From assembly GCA_947169975.1 (NCBI GenBank), contig CAMVRT010000008.1, forward strand, positions 17,823 through 81,822: 64,000 nt of DNA, in the 5' to 3' direction. The DNA is from an uncultured Oscillospiraceae bacterium. GTDB taxonomy: Bacteria > Bacillota > Clostridia > Oscillospirales > Oscillospiraceae. The position numbers and the translations under genes were made by a program. The notes beneath the pieces were generated by a model. The model did not search any database, was not told the origin of the DNA, and saw nothing but the letters and a program-made list of their open reading frames with translations. Position 1 is the first letter of the stretch. Every line of letters begins with the position of its first letter. Below are positions 63,444 to 64,000 of the stretch, piece after piece.

Positions 63444-64000
63444 TCACATCACGCCAAGGACCCAGTGATAGATCTCCTGGCCTGCGTCCACAAATTCCAG
63501 CTCCAGCATGGGCAGCCGCTGGGCCACGGCCTCGGCCAGCTCCTCCTCCCGCTCCGCGGGGATGTCCTTCCCGCGGAAAACGATGCAGGTCTCCTTGTCC
63601 TCGATATCCTCCAGCATCATCAGCGCCTCGGTGACGGCGGTGCGCCAGTCGCGGCTGACGCTGATCAGCTCCCCGTTCAGGAAGGCGATCTCCTCCCCTT
63701 TCCGGCAGCGGATCTCGTGGTAGGAATAGTCCCGGGAGGCTGTGGCCTCGCCGATGGTGGCCACGCCCTCCCCGCCGCGGCGCATCTGCCGGATGCGCTC
63801 GTCGGTGTCGGGGCTGTCGGGGATGTCCATGGCCAGGGCGAAGTAGCCCTCGGCGAAGCTGGCAGTGGGCAGCACCGTCACCTGCCGGCTGCCGGAGAGT
63901 GCGGCGGCCTGCTCGGCGGCGGGGATGACGTTCTTGTTGTCGGGCAGGATCACGATGCGGTCGGCGTTCAGCTCCTCGAAGGCGGAGACGAACTCCTGGG
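63444..64000 (-). CDS. DAK2-domain protein (YloV-like), C-terminal part; gene continues past the right edge
   Basis: The frame is open from 63998 down to the stop at 63444. ...VILPDNKNVIPAAEQAA...TVLPT.S..EG resembles the C-terminal domain of YloV-type Dak2 fusion proteins. Confidence 0.65.
   Translation of the reverse strand, partial: QEFVSAFEELNADRIVILPDNKNVIPAAEQAAALSGSRQVTVLPTASFAEGYFALAMDIPDSPDTDERIRQMRRGGEGVATIGEATASRDYSYHEIRCRKGEEIAFLNGELISVSRDWRTAVTEALMMLEDIEDKETCIVFRGKDIPAEREEELAEAVAQRLPMLELEFVDAGQEIYHWVLGVM

Overview
GC-rich chromosomal segment that looks like a spore-forming Clostridia genome, possibly Oscillospiraceae-like; that placement is a guess from sigK, gene content and GC. 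All calls come from reading the ORF track and the sequence by eye, using motifs and memory only, with no HMM or BLAST. I support 53 protein-coding genes, nearly all on the minus strand.

Housekeeping and accessory genes:
- Housekeeping genes: pfkA, FMN-riboswitch-controlled ribU, pcp, an intact sigK, tspO, tmk.
- A csoR / HMA-protein / copA copper operon with a recognisable CsoR operator.
- Two ECF sigma / anti-sigma pairs.
- Several families of paralogous lipoproteins and zinc-ribbon membrane proteins.
- A large LRR plus Ig-like surface protein.

Most interesting locus: a 16-kb, 13-gene operon (56.7 to 40.6 kb, minus strand).
- It combines teichoic-acid-type machinery: a small sugar-phosphate transferase, TagG/TagH, a TagB/F-like transferase, a TarI/IspD-like nucleotidyltransferase and an LCP ligase.
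- It also carries three 'sugar-transfer-associated ATP-grasp' proteins, an alanine-dehydrogenase-like enzyme, and a MurF-like ligase fused to a BspA-type leucine-rich-repeat domain.
- A second MurF-LRR paralog lies at 24.3 kb.
- I read the operon as a candidate, apparently uncharacterised, pathway that decorates an exported wall polymer with amino acids or peptides.

Other unusual items:
- An anti-sigma factor carries a C-terminal tail of about 215 residues that is almost entirely aspartate.
- Roughly 4-5 kb of intergenic DNA consists of a 'construction-kit' of nested hairpin repeat modules.
- These include a 200-430 bp MITE-like element in 4 copies. Two copies are flanked by duplicated target hairpins, and one stem shows compensatory changes between copies.

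I recognised no rRNA, tRNA, CRISPR array, transposase, integrase or prophage genes. The many long antisense ORFs in the track are high-GC artefacts.
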